DNA of 64,000 nt, from NCBI GenBank assembly GCA_000708835.1, contig DF237054.1, forward strand, positions 1-64,000. Reading direction: 5' to 3'. Position 1 is the first letter of the stretch; each line of letters starts with the position of its first letter. The notes beneath the pieces are model-generated. The model had not been told where the DNA came from. It ran no database searches and saw only the letters and a program-made list of their open reading frames with translations. Below are positions 1 to 14,000 of this stretch, in pieces. The DNA comes from Klebsormidium nitens (taxonomy: Eukaryota > Plantae > Klebsormidiophyceae). The position numbers and the translations under genes are program-made.

Positions 1-206
1 TGGTTCGTTCCCTTGCTTATTACTATCACCTGCTTTGAAAGTTCACATCTAATGACACTGTTCTGATATATCTAGACATGGAAGTTATTTGTCCGAGCTG
101 GATTAGTATGCACCGGTAAGCTAGGAACTCCGTACAAGCTGGTCAGTCGAAAGCATCAGATCCTGTCCAACGTGCGATGATTGAAGGACAAAAGTCTGGT
201 GCTCAC

Positions 207-908
207 CGGAAGAAGTTGCTCGACTGGTACCGATTTCTTTTTCGTGTCAACCTCGTTGGGCATGTGCGTCAAGTACTGCTCGGCGTACTCCATGGTGTAG
301 AGCCCACAGTCGAAGTCGTTGTCTTGCTCCGGCACCTGGACAGAACATCGAAGAAGGAGCCTTGGAGTGTGGTGCATATAAACTCGAAACGTGGCAAGAG
401 TCTCAAAGTGAAATTCAAGCTTGCCCAAATGTTCCCTTCTTTTTGCTTCGTTGGTAAAAGTTGAAAGAAGGAACCGAACCGGAAGAGATTGGGACCACCC
501 TCTTGGCCTTTTCTGTTGACGCGCGAGCGAGTTGTTCAATACCATCATGCATGGGCCAGATGGCGACACACTCCTTTTGAGTATTTTGCCTTTCCTTCAG
601 CTTAACATCTCAGAAATTTGAATTGGTCACACCGTTCTTGATCAGCGACCGGCGCATGAACCGTCTTTTAAACTGAAAAATGGACATTCAATCGAGTGCC
701 GTACTCTGGTTTTGGATCCATACTTCAGCTAAGAAAAATCCTTACAGGCAGAACGCAACGTAATACACAGGGGCAATGTTCAGAAACGGCGCTTGCCTTG
801 ATTTCGATGTTGGGCATGCCAGCCTTGGCAAACGGCTTGAGAGGCGCCGTACGCTTTGCAGGGCGAAGGACCGTCGGGTTCTTGAACAGGTACAGCTCAG
901 ACAAGTAC
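207..908 (-). pseudogene. Ulp1/SENP-like (C48) cysteine peptidase, C-terminal fragment only (exons 908-797 and 335-207), probably transposon cargo
   Basis: Spliced reading YLSELYLFKNPTVLRPAKRTAPLKPFAKAGMPNIEIK|VPEQDNDFDCGLYTMEYAEQYL contains the Ulp1 Q-x-N-x-x-DCG catalytic-Cys motif. The intron is GC-AG (AAG|GCAAGC at 797/796, CCAG|GTG at 336/335). Donor CCG|GTGAGC at 207. I found no upstream His/Asp exons before the transposase sequence starts. Confidence 0.75.
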
Positions 909-1189
909 CTGAGCACGAGGTAAAAAGAGAGCTGTATGCTGGCTTAGAGACGACAGGTGCTGTTTGAAAGAAGCACGTGGCTCAGTGAGTACCAAACCAG
1001 TTGAAGAGGCAAGCGCTGGTTAACTCTCTAGCAGGAAACGGAGGATCGATGCGACCCTGTTTGACGGTTAGGAATGAACAGCTTCGACAGAACCTTCTAA
1101 CAAGCACCCTTGTCGAAATTGCGTGGAAAACCCGTTGGACCAGCCTACCGAACGTTATAAGCAATAGCATTGAGGCTTGGAATGTTTTG

Positions 1190-4080
1190 GCGGTCGCGGC
1201 GTTCCTGGGGTGCGGAAAATGCTGGATGGAGGGGTGTAAGTACGAGGGGTGCGGCCATGGCACGTACTTCGCAGGTTACGCGCGTCCGGCGCCGCAGAAA
1301 GTCCTTGGCGGGGGACGGGCGATCCTGGCACAGGACTCTCGGAACCGGACGCACCAAGAGCACGTACGGCACGGAACCGCTGTAGAGAAGGGTTTAGAGA
1401 GCGAGGAGCAGTCCGGGGTGAAGGGGGTGTCCTGCATCGCCAAGATGCTGCCGTACTTTAACGTCGTAAAAGGGTTTCCCATAGCGGTGGGGCACGCCTT
1501 TCTGCTCGGAGTGGTGTCCGCCTTTCTGGATACCGTTTTGGCGGACTACAAAACGGAGGGGGAGCGTCCGAACCACGTGGTTACGAAGGCAAACCGGCGG
1601 AAAATGAGCGCGCGGCACGGGAGGCTCGTTTGGACGCACGAGCACGGGCGGCCGGCAAAGGACGTGGTCAAGTACCGGGCGTCCATGACCATGGAGGAGT
1701 TGCTCGTGTTCGTGGAGACCGCGTCCCTGTACGTGTTCCTGGGCTGCCTGCTGAAGGAGCTGGAGACCGCCTGGTTTCACCTGCGCCGGGCGGTGATGCA
1801 CTACTGCCGCATCTCCGACGGGGGGATGGACGAGGCGCGCAGGGAGCGCGCAAAAGCTGACGTGGCCAAGTACGCGAGCATCGTGGAAGAGGTGAGATTT
1901 ATGTTCCTGTTTCTCTTCATTCGCAGGTCCTCTCTCGTCAACCGAAAGTGACGTCAGCTTCAAGACCGAAGAATGACGTCAGCTTGAGAAAGATTGCTTG
2001 AAGAGATGGCGCAAAAGGTATTTTGGTTCAAGAATTCGACAGTTGTTCAATATTGACTTTCTCCTGAACGTGCACAGGTCCAACGGTTCGTGATTGCAGC
2101 TTTGTTGATGATCGGGTTGACGCGTTTTGCTGTTCACAAGGGGTCAATTGCTTTCAATATCGTCACTCCGGTAGATCCTGTTTGGCGGTCCTTCTTCTCC
2201 GGCGGCCCTTTCCGCTCCGGCCCTATTCCGCTCACAAAGTTTTCCGTTCCCGCGCGGCCCTTTCCGCTCCAGCCCTTTCCGCTCCGCCCATTTGCGCTCC
2301 TTTCAAGACCCAATATCCTTTCTTTCGATCGGATACAAGGTTCTGGGTTCTCTTGGTTCAGAACTTTCACCCGACGTCTTCAAAATCTTTTTCCTTCAGT
2401 TCAATGCAGCCAAGCTTGTCTGATTGATCAGTGCATCAATGCGTCCACAGTCGAAGCTCCTTCGTAGGCGGGAATGACTATCCCCTAACCCATATTCTAC
2501 TCGCGTTTCTATTGTCCGTGGAAGCCGGTTCGGATCTCCTGGACAATAACCTCGCGCACTTTCTATCTTCGCACCGAACTTCTGAACTTGTTTCCGTGAT
2601 GGCCTGCCCCACATCAGGGCACAAGTTCTCCCTACTAATCCTTCCGAACCATCGTTTAACCCGTTTTCTTTCCAAAGTGGACCACGGAAATACCGTCCAA
2701 CCGGCGGCGCTTCCAAACCGAGCTTTCAATAGTCCGTTTAGCGACTTGTATACACTGAAATAACGGTTTATCAGGACTCCTCCTAACCATTCTCTGTACC
2801 CAGCTCTGGACGACAAACTCTTTGTGTCCAGTTGTAAACCAGCCTGCCTCCCAAACCAGCAGCACTCCCTACGGACGTTCTATGCAGCGCCAGTTTCGCG
2901 CTCTATTTAGCTCTATACAAGTACACGATCTTCCAACCCAAATCTATCACCCCCACTTTTAAACCCTATTCTTTTTGAGTTAACCCACGGGTCAACCGCC
3001 ACTGCTTACTTTGCCTACGCAAAAGCCTAAGCGCGTCTCATTTCTGAAAGTATCTCCAATCAAAACAAGGTTCCCGTCTGAATCGTACATGCGATTGGTG
3101 AAACCAGGCCGCGAATAAGCTGGTGTAGGCGACCCTCCGACTAAAACGTGAATGTCACCGCCGTCGACTGGCCAGAAATGGGGGCGCACTCATAGCAGGT
3201 TTTTATCTTGTACGTTCAGTCTTCTTTTAGCGACCAGAAGTAAAACGGCCTTACAATCATTGTGCAGGTCATCGGCCCCCAAATGTGCACCATGAATCTG
3301 CACCAGGCTGTCCGGCACGCTTACGAGCAGGAGACCGCCACCGGAAGCACCGCCAAGTCCATGGAGTGGTTCGTCGAGCAGCACGTGGGCGAGCTGAAGA
3401 AGCGAGTGGCGGGCATGACCCGAGAGCCACACAAGGTGGTCGGGAACGACGTGCTGTTGGAGAAGGCGCTGACTGACCGGGTGACGGAGAAGCCGCACTT
3501 CCGAGCGCTGGTCGGGCTTGACGAGGAGAGGGAGCCGGAGGCTTTCAAGGGGCCGACGGACGTGCCCGAGGAGGGCGTCCAGCTGCTCCACGTGGGGCAG
3601 CCACTCGGGGCGTCGCAGCTGAGCCCCGACGAGCTCGCGTCTCTGCAAAATCACGCCGAAACGGTCGGTTTCACAACCGACGTGCAGCGTTGGGAGATCC
3701 ACGAGTTCCGGGCTGCGCGAGTCGGGGACCAGGCCTACCAGTCGAGGGCGCGCTACAGGACGGCCGCTCGGCATTCGTTCAATGTGTCCATCAGCTGGAG
3801 CTCCAGTCAGACGAGGAAGAGAACGGAACACTTTGCCACCCTGGAGCGTTTCCTCAGAGTTCAAGATAGCGCTAGCGCCGGAGTGTTGCGGATAGCCACG
3901 GGGACAGTTTACAAGCAAGCGCGAGCGGAGAAAGGTCTGTCCGTGCTTGATGCCGCCCAGCCATTGAAGGTGGGGGAAGTCATCCCCCTAGAAAGCATCG
4001 AGTCGAAGGTCGTGTTTGCTCCGCACGACGAGCAGCAAGGCAAGATGTACGTACTTCCGTGTTTCTCAAGGGATCTGTAG
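1190..4080 (+). mobile_element. CACTA/EnSpm-superfamily-like (CMC) DDE transposase, 5'-truncated; exons ~1190-1891 and 3268-4080
   Basis: Motifs AFLGCGKCWMEG, PIAVGHAFLLGVV and, across the in-phase splice (GAG|GTGAGA at 1891; TGCAG|GTC at 3268), EEVIGPQMCTMNLHQAVRH...SMEWFVEQHVGELK. These match the C-x2-C, H-x2-LLGV and H-x3-H...F-x2-E-x3-G-x-LK pattern of this superfamily. The coding part is GC-rich and starts abruptly at ~1190. Confidence 0.75.
2205..2300 (+). repeat. Five copies of GCCCTTTCCGCTCC-like 14-mer inside the transposase intron
   Basis: Copies at 2205, 2220, 2257, 2272 and 2286, read directly. Confidence 0.85.
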
Positions 4081-4849
4081 GATTATGTGCGCTCGTGCCA
4101 GTCACCAAGGCTAGAGAATGGTGTTGCATAACTGACTACAGACAGACTTGTGCGCCGTCTTGACAACACCGTCCGGCCAATCAAATTTCGAGCAAGATTC
4201 GTCAATCGAGGGCTGGCCGTTAATCGAAGATGAACTGTTTCTGCAATGAACCTCTGCATTCATCACTTTTTCATACCATTCACTGAGCCGTATCGATGAA
4301 TGCATTGCATCATCAGTCAACTTAGGAACACAATGTATATGCAATCAAACATGGGCCATGAATCTGAGGTATACATTCCATGATGCCGTCGCGGATTGCA
4401 AGTGTGTGGATGGCCTACATGCCGTCGGGCATCAATGATTGATGTGGAGCTCTTCTTATATGCATGAGTGCAGCCGCGCCGTCACTGCTACGGTAAGGCG
4501 GCGCCGGCCTTATACATGATCGATTGTCGTTCAACAGATCATTAGCTTTGATGAGGTCAAATAGGATTTCTCAGATGTCTATACCTATACGGCCTGTTCA
4601 GAAAATGAAATCCACTGCCAACGTATACGGTATGGTGCCGCCGTGCGCTGCGGTGGGGCGGCAACTGCTTGAACGCGCCCGCGGCTGGCCGCTCGGCCGC
4701 GCCACCGTCCCTGTATGCTTGCACCACAGCGGAACGCGTCAGACGCGCGCTTAGCAGCTAGCACGGCGCGCCATGCGCAGGCGCTGCCAGAAAGTCATCG
4801 GAGGCTCTTCGTGGGGTCTGTGAGTGGTTTAGACTCTTCAGGCAAATGC

Positions 4850-5008
4850 CATGACAAACCGGACACAACTCGGACAGGTTTCGGACAACCTTCGGACCGT
4901 CCAGGGTTGTCCGCTTTCAGTCTCGTGACTGCAGACAAGCGCCGGACATGGGATAGGGGTTTCGGACACAGCCCGGACTCCGTTCGGACAAAAGGCTTTC
5001 TCACAGTG
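4850..5008. mobile_element. Probable right terminus of the CACTA-like element: subterminal CGGAC(A) array ending in ...CACAGTG
   Basis: About eight direct CGGAC copies and one inverted (TTGTCCG) in 4860-4990, followed by GGCTTTCTCACAGTG ending at 5008 (reverse complement starts CACTG). No matching left terminus was seen in the window, so the TIR pair and TSD cannot be verified. Confidence 0.55.
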
Positions 5009-8000
5009 AAAAGAGATCAGATCTGGACCAGCTCGCTGAATCGGAACGGTAACGTGTTTGCACTAAGGCACGTAAAGATCCATGTGAACTAAAGGGCCTA
5101 GCAGCGTGCTTCTGGACGGGGACGCTCAATTGAACTCTGCGCCAGTACGTCTCGGCAGCAACCAGGGCCTCGATGGCAAAGCCTTGCAACCAGAGGAAAA
5201 AACACTCACATAACTCACAACAGCTGAAGACGTCGTGGGCATTTTGATGATCCTCCTTTTTGGACGAGTTGAAAGACCGTGAAAAGAATGGGTCAGCTTC
5301 AAGAAGGAACGTCTAGGTTGGTAACAGTTTTAATTACCACCTCGAGTAGCTCGAACTTGACGCTCACTTCCTGGACTCGTGGGCTGTGGAGCAGAAGGAA
5401 TTCATTATCTCCAAGTCGAGAGCCTCGAAACTATGATCGAGCAAGTCGCCGTGCGAGGTAAGGAGTCTTTGGAATCCAATCTTGAAAAACGCTTCCTTGA
5501 TTTGAGCTGGAAAGTCAGGTCCGTTGGTTGGGTCGCCACGAGTCCCAAAGTCAGAAGACAGAGAGCAGATCGGCAATCATGATGGCTTCAGCACAGCGGT
5601 CATTCGAGGCGCCGTGAGGCCCTGCTTAATGATCTAGCCGGCAGGATCCTCAGTCCTCGCTTCACATCAGCGCCGTAAGATGCGAAATTCGTCAAAGCTG
5701 TCGGCCCTGGAAGGAACAAAGAAGTTGAGTGAATTCTTAGTCTTCACATCCTTTCCGGTGCACGGATCTCGTCGGGGCAGAGAGTCGACGCGGCACACTT
5801 ACAACACCTGGTCTGAACTTCCATAACAACCAGAGACGGATTGGCCGGCCCCGACAAACGGTTATTACGAAAGCGCCGTAGCAGATACCTTGTGATCTCT
5901 ACGAGATCTTGACGATCGATAAAGAAAAGCAACTTTCGTGCAACTTGAGACATGACCAACCCGACTAACACGAAGTTAAGAAAGGTAGTGCGCCATTCCT
6001 CTCGTCGTCATTCCACAGTACTCGCTCTCTGAGCAGCACTCGTTATGAGGCCATCCCGTAGGTGCTGAGGCATCATCGACAACAGGTTCAATTCGGGACG
6101 TTAATGGCGGGATGAGTCCTTACTTTTGGCATGAGGAAAAAGCGCGGGTCCACAGTGCTTCTGCGGAGTAAGTTCGTTTGGACCAGCATACGGACCTCAA
6201 TTTTCAAGCATTTGTTCGCTTTGGCCTGGCACATGAAATCGTGAATGCAGAACCTCGTCTAGGAATACTCGTTTGAAAATCTTGCTTGATTAAGGCATAC
6301 AAGATAGGTTCATCGAGGGCAGATTGTACGTACATCTAATTTAACGCTACTCCCACGTCGTCTGCTCTGTCAGTAGCCTCTGCCTCCCGGATAAAGAATT
6401 GTCGATGCTGCCTTCTGCAATGATAAGTTCGACCGTCGAATTTCGCTGAGGTTGAAGCATTTTCCTACCTTTTAGCTAGATAGTCTTTAGAGCTCCTGGC
6501 TTGAAATGAATCACAAATTAGTAACACCACTTTTTGGCATCTTCCTGGAGAAACATGAGATATGAGCCACGAGCCACGAGCTTTGGCCCACTTCAGCAAG
6601 AATCCTAGCCACCGTCCGGAGTTCAATGAACGTGCAACTAACCGTTCTGAGAAGCCGCAGTGAATCATTCGATCGGGACCGGAACGAATGACAACCGCTG
6701 ACGTAGGGGTGATGAGTCGTTTCCAAGTGCCAACATTGCAGTATTTGGACGCGGTGGCAGCCAGATTATATAACACGGCGCGGTCGACCCGCGGATACAG
6801 GAATCCCCGCACCTGGGCTTCATGAAATCAGAGTTGTCCCCTCACGTTGGTTTCTCCACTAAAGTTGGCAGGAAAGGACGAGAAAGATTGTATTTCGTAT
6901 CATGAACGGAATTCAGCCGGAAGCCCAGATTGCCGATGGCACGTGCGCCCCTGCTGGAAGGGAAGGCGGGATATACACACCTCTCGGCCAAGAACCGCTG
7001 GCCTTCGACGATCCAACAGAACGATGATTGTCAGATCGGCAGGCCCACAGAAACGGCAAGGCCAGAAAGGCCGATGTTGTGCAAAATTGCTTTCTTGGCA
7101 CTGGCATGCGCGGAATCTGTGTTACCAAAATTGCCCAGCAGGATCCCGCGCTTGGTCTTGGGTACGCGCCGACAGTACTGCTCAAACGTCAAACGAAATG
7201 AAATCAGCAAGTTTCTTCTGCGCACCAGCCAAAGGATGACTTCGAGAAAGGTCGACCTTGCTTCCAGCTCCGCTTGGCATGAAGTAAGACGTTGTTGCTG
7301 CCGTGGGTGGAGCTTTCTACTACATGCCCCGCTTTCGAGCTCAGCACTTTCATTTGCCCTGCCGTTAGCGTTAGCGCGTCGACCGGCCGCGCAAGGCCCA
7401 TTCCGTGCCGCACATGAAAAAACAAATCAGGAGATCAGGTCTAGAAAGGAGGTGCAAGTATATATCACATTCTCTTGCTTGGAAGCTGCGAAACGTTCTT
7501 TTCATATCGATGAGCAGCTCGCAGAAACGTTGACTTGTTCTTGGACAAACAGGGCAACAAAAGACCTTAGCGGCTTTTAGCCAAGTGTCAACTTTCACAC
7601 AGGCGCAATCAGAGTCAACTGAGGTCGCCATTGGATAAAGCCCTATCAAACAACAGCAAAACGCGAGTAAAAGCAGAGCGCGACGTATGTTCGTTCGGAA
7701 GCTTCCTTGGGTCGTCTGAGAGACCTGTTGATAAGAAGACGCCGCCGTCTCGAAAGAGGAAGCTGTGAGCCCAAGCCAATGCGTCACTTTCCGTTGAGAA
7801 TAAAAGTCCAAACTTGTCGCCGTTCTCGATGACGACGCACTGAAACAGTCACGACACGAATTTTTGAACAAAATGGCGTCATGACAAGAGGACCTGAGGC
7901 TATTGTTGGGTCTCAAGTGCTTGCCCCATTACCTCGACTGCCCATCATAGCCTTGGGATCAAAGTCTCATGAGATTTGAGAAGGTGCAGGAGTAGAGGAA

Positions 8001-11000
8001 CTGAAGAAACCGTCATCGGGCTTCGTTTGATTGCATACCAGAGCGCGTATAAAGCACACAAAGACAAAACATCTCTGCCACTGTTTTTGAACGAGGTTGA
8101 AGAAAGCAGATGCTAGATGAGTCGGAGCGGCCTGAAACTGTTGACAGGCGGGAAACGTCTGCTAATCGCTTACGAAGCGGGTGTGCGGTGGCGCGGCACC
8201 CGAAATACCGTGACGGGTCAGCCTGATGGCACCATATGTGAATGAAAACTGGCCTTTCAACGTTAGATGACAATCTGCAGCCCGTTCGAGGAGCTGAAAG
8301 CCAAGGCCTCGACAAATTGAAGAGATCCCAGAATGCAATATTGATATTTCTGATGCAGAGATGTCGCTACGCGACTTTTACGGCATGTGTTAGCTCAGCA
8401 CCGATCTTGCAAGTGGTCGAGGCTTCACATCCAAACACACGGAAAGCCCGGACACCGCCTAGACGCTGTGTACCCGCTCTCTTACTACGTAGCTTACACG
8501 ACAGGGCTGCGTGGCACTGGGATAGAAAGCTTCGCCCCACCAAGCACCAACGTCCGTTTAGCAATTGTACATAAGTCTATATAAGTTACCAGTGATACAA
8601 ACAGACTGCGTGAAGGAGGACAGTAAAGCGCAAACCGTTGCAGCGGCCACATGGTTTTCAAGCAACGCACTCATATGCATAAAGGCCGTACCGGCCGACA
8701 TCACTTTAGCCGGCGAAACGAACGACTTCAGCAAGCTGACCACATGCTTCTAACGTCGCCACAAAGATTGTGGACGACCCCAGCAGGACACTGCATCATA
8801 GCCGTCTCCAACCAGCCTGCCCCACTCGAAAGCAGATTTGGCAGCGATACTGTAGCGCACCTAGGTACTGGAGAAAAGGATTTCACCTCCCATTCGATGC
8901 CGTTCTCCGCACGGCCAGTTTGACGGGCCAGACGGTGGCAAGCAGTGCCGCGAGACTTATGATGATCTGCCTGGCAAACGCTCGCTTGCAGTGACTCATT
9001 CAACGGAGTAAAAGGTAGCGGTGTCTACAAGGTCACAAGCTTAGATTGTCTGGATCACACTTTGCCAATCGAGCGCGATTGGGATTGCGACACGAGAAAC
9101 ATTCAAAGAGTTGTTCAAGGATCAATCAAGGTAATTCCATCGAAACGGAATCGCTAGAGCCCGTTCCTTCGAAGAGCTTTCTGATTGAAGTAGTCACATA
9201 CCAAGAGGCCTATTCCTCGCAACCGTCCGTCAAAGTTGTTAAATGGATCCAAAAGGCTTGCACCGTCAGATAGCAATGGGGATTATAAAGAACTTTTGTC
9301 CAGTGGTTCATGCGGGGAGACCGCTACGAGTGATTGGGCACTGTTTCGAATGTGCCCAGAGCCAGCTGTCACATCTTTACCACTTGCTTCTTACGATAAG
9401 CGAGTACAAGGCCAAGTGCACACAGTCTGGCCCAGCATTTGAGAAAGACGTTGTGAGGGCCAGCAGGTTGCAGGTTCTACTTGGGTAAGCTACTAAGCTA
9501 CGCACTTCATAATCCTCTGGAGTTGCGTGAGGGGTCGCGAGATGCCTCAATTCCAAGTGCCTCGAGGTTCCTTGATAAGCTCGTCTAGTTTCTTTTCAGA
9601 GAAAGATCGGGCCTGCTCATCGACTGGGCCGATGGTTGCGGGTCACTTTGATTCTGGGGTGTGCCGCGCAATGAGTATGAGTTTGTAACACGACGAGCTG
9701 TTACCAAGCATTCAAGCTCGCCCTGGCGTTATCAAAGGAGCCGACGAAAAATGAGGCGTACTCTTATCAACAAGCCTCGGATCTCTGTCTCTGAATCATT
9801 GCCAGCAAGCAGCTCTTACCCTTTTCTCAACTCACGACGTGCTCTTTGGAGCTTGTGCAGTCCTCAAACACAAATTTGGCTGAATTAATCATTCTCAAGC
9901 ATTTCATTCAGAAGCGGCTATGCAAGATTCTCCATAGAGACGGTATCAAGATTGCAGACTTTCCAACTGAATTTAACATACGAAGAAGGGGACGGAACTC
10001 ACTGGCCAAGCCTGAAACTCGAACTCAAAGCCGCCTATTAATTTCAGTGAAATGCAGCGCGCTGGCTAAGATAAAGAACGCATGCGGAGGGCTCTGCTCA
10101 ATGGAGCGACAAGCTTTCTGATGGATGCAAGATCGACCGCCCATTCGATCTGTTTGCTGCCTGGCCGCAAATCACTGCAGATTGGTCGGCAAACCGCGCA
10201 GCAAACGGCCTTTTAGACAGCACAGCCAGCTTCTCTAAAGAAATTCGATCGAGAAACAAACCTCAGAGGAGTTGAAAGCCAGACTTTTCAGCAAGAGATT
10301 GGCCGCACCGATTGAACGGAGAAGATCCGAACGAGCGGCGACAAAAAGCGTCGCGCAAAGCGCAATCCGTGATGACATACGTAACTAGATGGGGAAGACG
10401 GGCGCCGACTCCTCGTAAGCCTTCCAAACGTTTTGTTTTATGACTGCTTTTTTCACGAGTAGCATCATCACAGAAGGCAGACAGCGAATAAGGCCATCAG
10501 TTTGGCGCCTCAAAACTGGCGTCTTCATTGCTCCCGAATCTTTAGATCAAGAAATGATGAAAACTCATCCCAACTAGCACAGGCGGAGCGGTTCTAGACA
10601 GGGCATGCTACTCCAACATCCACACGGTATCTAGTTGGCGCCGAAGCATTGAAGAGATTTAAAGCGTGTCACCGCGAGCCATATCAATTAGGAAGACTAC
10701 GTGGATTGAACCAGATAAATGGGCTGGCGGCAGGCACCTGTGAACCCCAGCTTATTCAATTCAAAGCCGTCTTGTGTTCAGCATCAGCATCAGCTCTTGG
10801 TCAGGGACAAGTTGGTGGACGCCAACCCCTGCTTTGCTTCATTGCTTTCCAAAAAGACGGGTTTGTACCCGGCAGATTCTCAACACTCGAGATTCAAACT
10901 GAGCGCAAAGCAGAAGTGAGACTGTAGGAGTCAGAACTAAAATTCGAAGCCACTCTGTTCAGGCTCCATTCCTTGCACAAACCCTTGAGCTGTTTACTGG

Positions 11001-14000
11001 GCAGGGAGAAGAAGGTTATGCAGAACCGGGTAGGCTTTAGAGCTGAGGGGTTTGTACGCTATTCAAGTCTTGTAATCGGTTCTATCGTCACGTAATACTT
11101 TTGTCGCCGGCCAACGAAAAGGCAGGTAATGTAAAAGGGGGAAGAAACGGAAGGGCCATCACTGCAGTACGACCAACATTGCCAAAAACAATTGAAGTTT
11201 TCGAAACGCCAGCCGATGTATCGGTGAAATGACAGGCTTCCCTTGTCCTTTGATTCAAGCAGAGACTTGAACCGCACGAGGCCGCTCCAGCACCTCTGAG
11301 ACGCGAATGCCTTACTGTCCGTATTCCTTGGTACGTCAAGAGCGGCCGATGTTAACAGGCACACCAGCGTGTGAGGTGCTGCTTGAGCACAGGCACAGCC
11401 GGTCGCTTACTCAGTCTGGAATGATCGCAGTCCTTTTGAATATCGATCTGACGTTTTTAGACGTCCTCGAGGTTTGACCGCGCCGAGACCCACAGAACAA
11501 AGCGTACTAGACCGTGTAGCCACCTCGCAAATCAAAGGTTTGTCGTTTTGCCTCGCATCGCCATTATTAAAAAGTCTCTTCGAGTAGGCCCGGCCACAGG
11601 GGACGGCAGGCGCCTCGACCTGGTGTCGCCCCAGTTTGCAATGTTGGGTTTCGGTTCGAAGCAGCCCATTTGCAGCATGTCATTGCCTTTGGTCATTACC
11701 AAGCAGATCACACGAACCAACGAAAAACCTGAAGCAATATGATAATAATGGTGTAAAAAAGAGAGAGACACTGAAAGTTGCTAAAGCGGGAACAGCTTCT
11801 CATGATTGCATATATTGGCGATTTGTTGCCTTCCTATCTATGCATGACGTTGCCGTACCTGTTGGTGTCTCCACCATCAATCCCCATTACCTTTTCGTTC
11901 TCATTTCAACATGGAAACATCGTGCAAATCGCTAAGATGCCAGAATCACCAGCAGAGCCTACTCCGATGGTGTCTGCTGCAAGCAAAATTCAAGCGCAGC
12001 CTATAACGCAGACGGATGTCCACGGAGACAGAGCAAAGGCAACTAATAAATGCAAGTAATTGGAGTAGAAGCCTGGCCTGAGGCAGATTCAACAGGGGTC
12101 CTGGAAAGATAGGTGGTCGACCAGATGGGCTAAAATGCTTACAATGGAGACTGAGAGCCGACTAGACGAGCTTTTCGCACGGTTTCGAAGTCCCGATCCC
12201 AACCGGTACGTAGATTTCTTTCCAAGTAGAACGACAACGGTAGCATCTCGAATCCGTCAATCGGAAGGCATTGCGCTCCAACGTGTGGCCAGTATTGTCA
12301 TGGCTTTGGATTTGAGCACTTTGACACCCTGGGTAAGATCCAATTAGAACGTCGATCGCGGACAGGTAATATTTGAAGTCAAGCAGAATAGATTTGGCTG
12401 GGAGGATCATGATGAATGTTAACAGCTCGCATGATGTGTCTGACTGCTTAAGCATCTCTAAGACTTCGGGTTTCTTGCCTAATAGTCAAACAGCGTGTGC
12501 GGAGCATTTCTGCAACAGCAGGCCGTGCTCAGCTCATGACTTGGACCTTCCGAAATAGGAAGCGTCAGCAGACGGATAGAGTGTATCTGAGGCACTGACA
12601 GCCCCGACTTGTAATGCTTCATTGCCCCCTCTCCTGCACAGTTCGTTGGACCATCAAAAGCATTCTTATCGTTCAACCCATCTCAAGACATACTGCACAA
12701 GTAAGGAGTGCTGAAAGTTTTCTGGGCCGCCCCGTCCAAGGACAGAGTTGCATTTTCAGCAATGACGATGAGTAATTCTTTCATGCACCGCCTGGTACAT
12801 GTGCTGGAAGAACGCTGGTCAGTCTGATGGGCTGTGACTCAGCCCACACGTCCAAAAACGAAAAATGCTAGTGTTCGCTTTGAGACGACAAAGCCACGAA
12901 GCCTCATTTTCATCTGCCGGAAGGGGGTCGAAAGCGTGATCCTTACATCTGCTTGCCCTCGGCTTCTTTCAGCAAGCTCAATGATGCAAACGTGTGCTTC
13001 GATAACCCCTACAGCAAGCGAGAGGGTGACTACTTCCAGCTAGACAACCGCTTGCCAGACCGCCTGCCCAGAGTGTCGAAAAGCGGATTGCAACTTCCGT
13101 ATCCTCCAAGCACAGGACTATGTACAATGGACTTGAGCAATTCGTTCGTGGGAGCACAGGAGTATGATTGGGCAAACGAAAATGTCCAAAAATAGGGGGC
13201 CTCGCATCCTTACCACTCAGACACGTTTTGAAAAAGAAACAATAATAAGACCAAGAAGTCGTGACCAGGCATGATGTACGGAAACAGAAACGTTCGCATA
13301 GAACAACCTAATCATGTCTCCGTACCTGATTGAAAAACTACGTTCCGTTTCCACGATCTTGTGGGATCAAGCATCTTTTCTTGAATTCTTAAAGCCGATG
13401 AAGAGCCAAGATATTCTCATAATTTAGCGTCTCAGTCACCCGAGAGTACTTGCGTCTGGTTGCCATCCAGAGGCTGAACGGGCCTAATCATCGACTGGGT
13501 CGACACCTGTCGAGAGATCACATTAAGCTGAAGGGGTTGTCCGCCGCGCGCGCAGATGGGTGTAAGTTTTGAGTGAACGCCACGAAGCTGCTGACCCCGA
13601 ATCAGCCCGGCCCATCAGCTCCATTCTGCAAGGCGTCAGTAGGAGAGCTTATGAAAATGAGGCTGTTTACCTAGCCCGCCTCAGATGCTGCCGTCCTCCC
13701 GATCACTGCCAGCGCAACTCTCTCGCCGCTTTGTTGCTTTTAGAGTACGTCGAGTCCCAAACAAGCGTCTCAGAGGGTATTCTGTCAGGTCCGAGCTCTA
13801 AGGCCGCCGAGCAAGCGTCCGTCTACTCAACCCAACCAGCTTTTCTTGGGAAGCGACTTATTCAAGGGGGCGTCTACCCCTTGTGGCTTGCGGCGACATC
13901 GACATGACGGTCGCTCGCCATATCAGCCCACGTGGCTTTCGCGAGCGACTACAAAAGTCCAAATCCAGGCGTCTGGTCGGCGTGTGGGACATGTCCCACG

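Noticed and set aside
3190-3918. Long ORFs such as 3190-3918 (-), 1394-1963 (-), 38676-39251 (-), 47319-47873 (+), 54702-55130 (+)
   Set aside because: Antisense shadows of GC-rich coding exons on the opposite strand.
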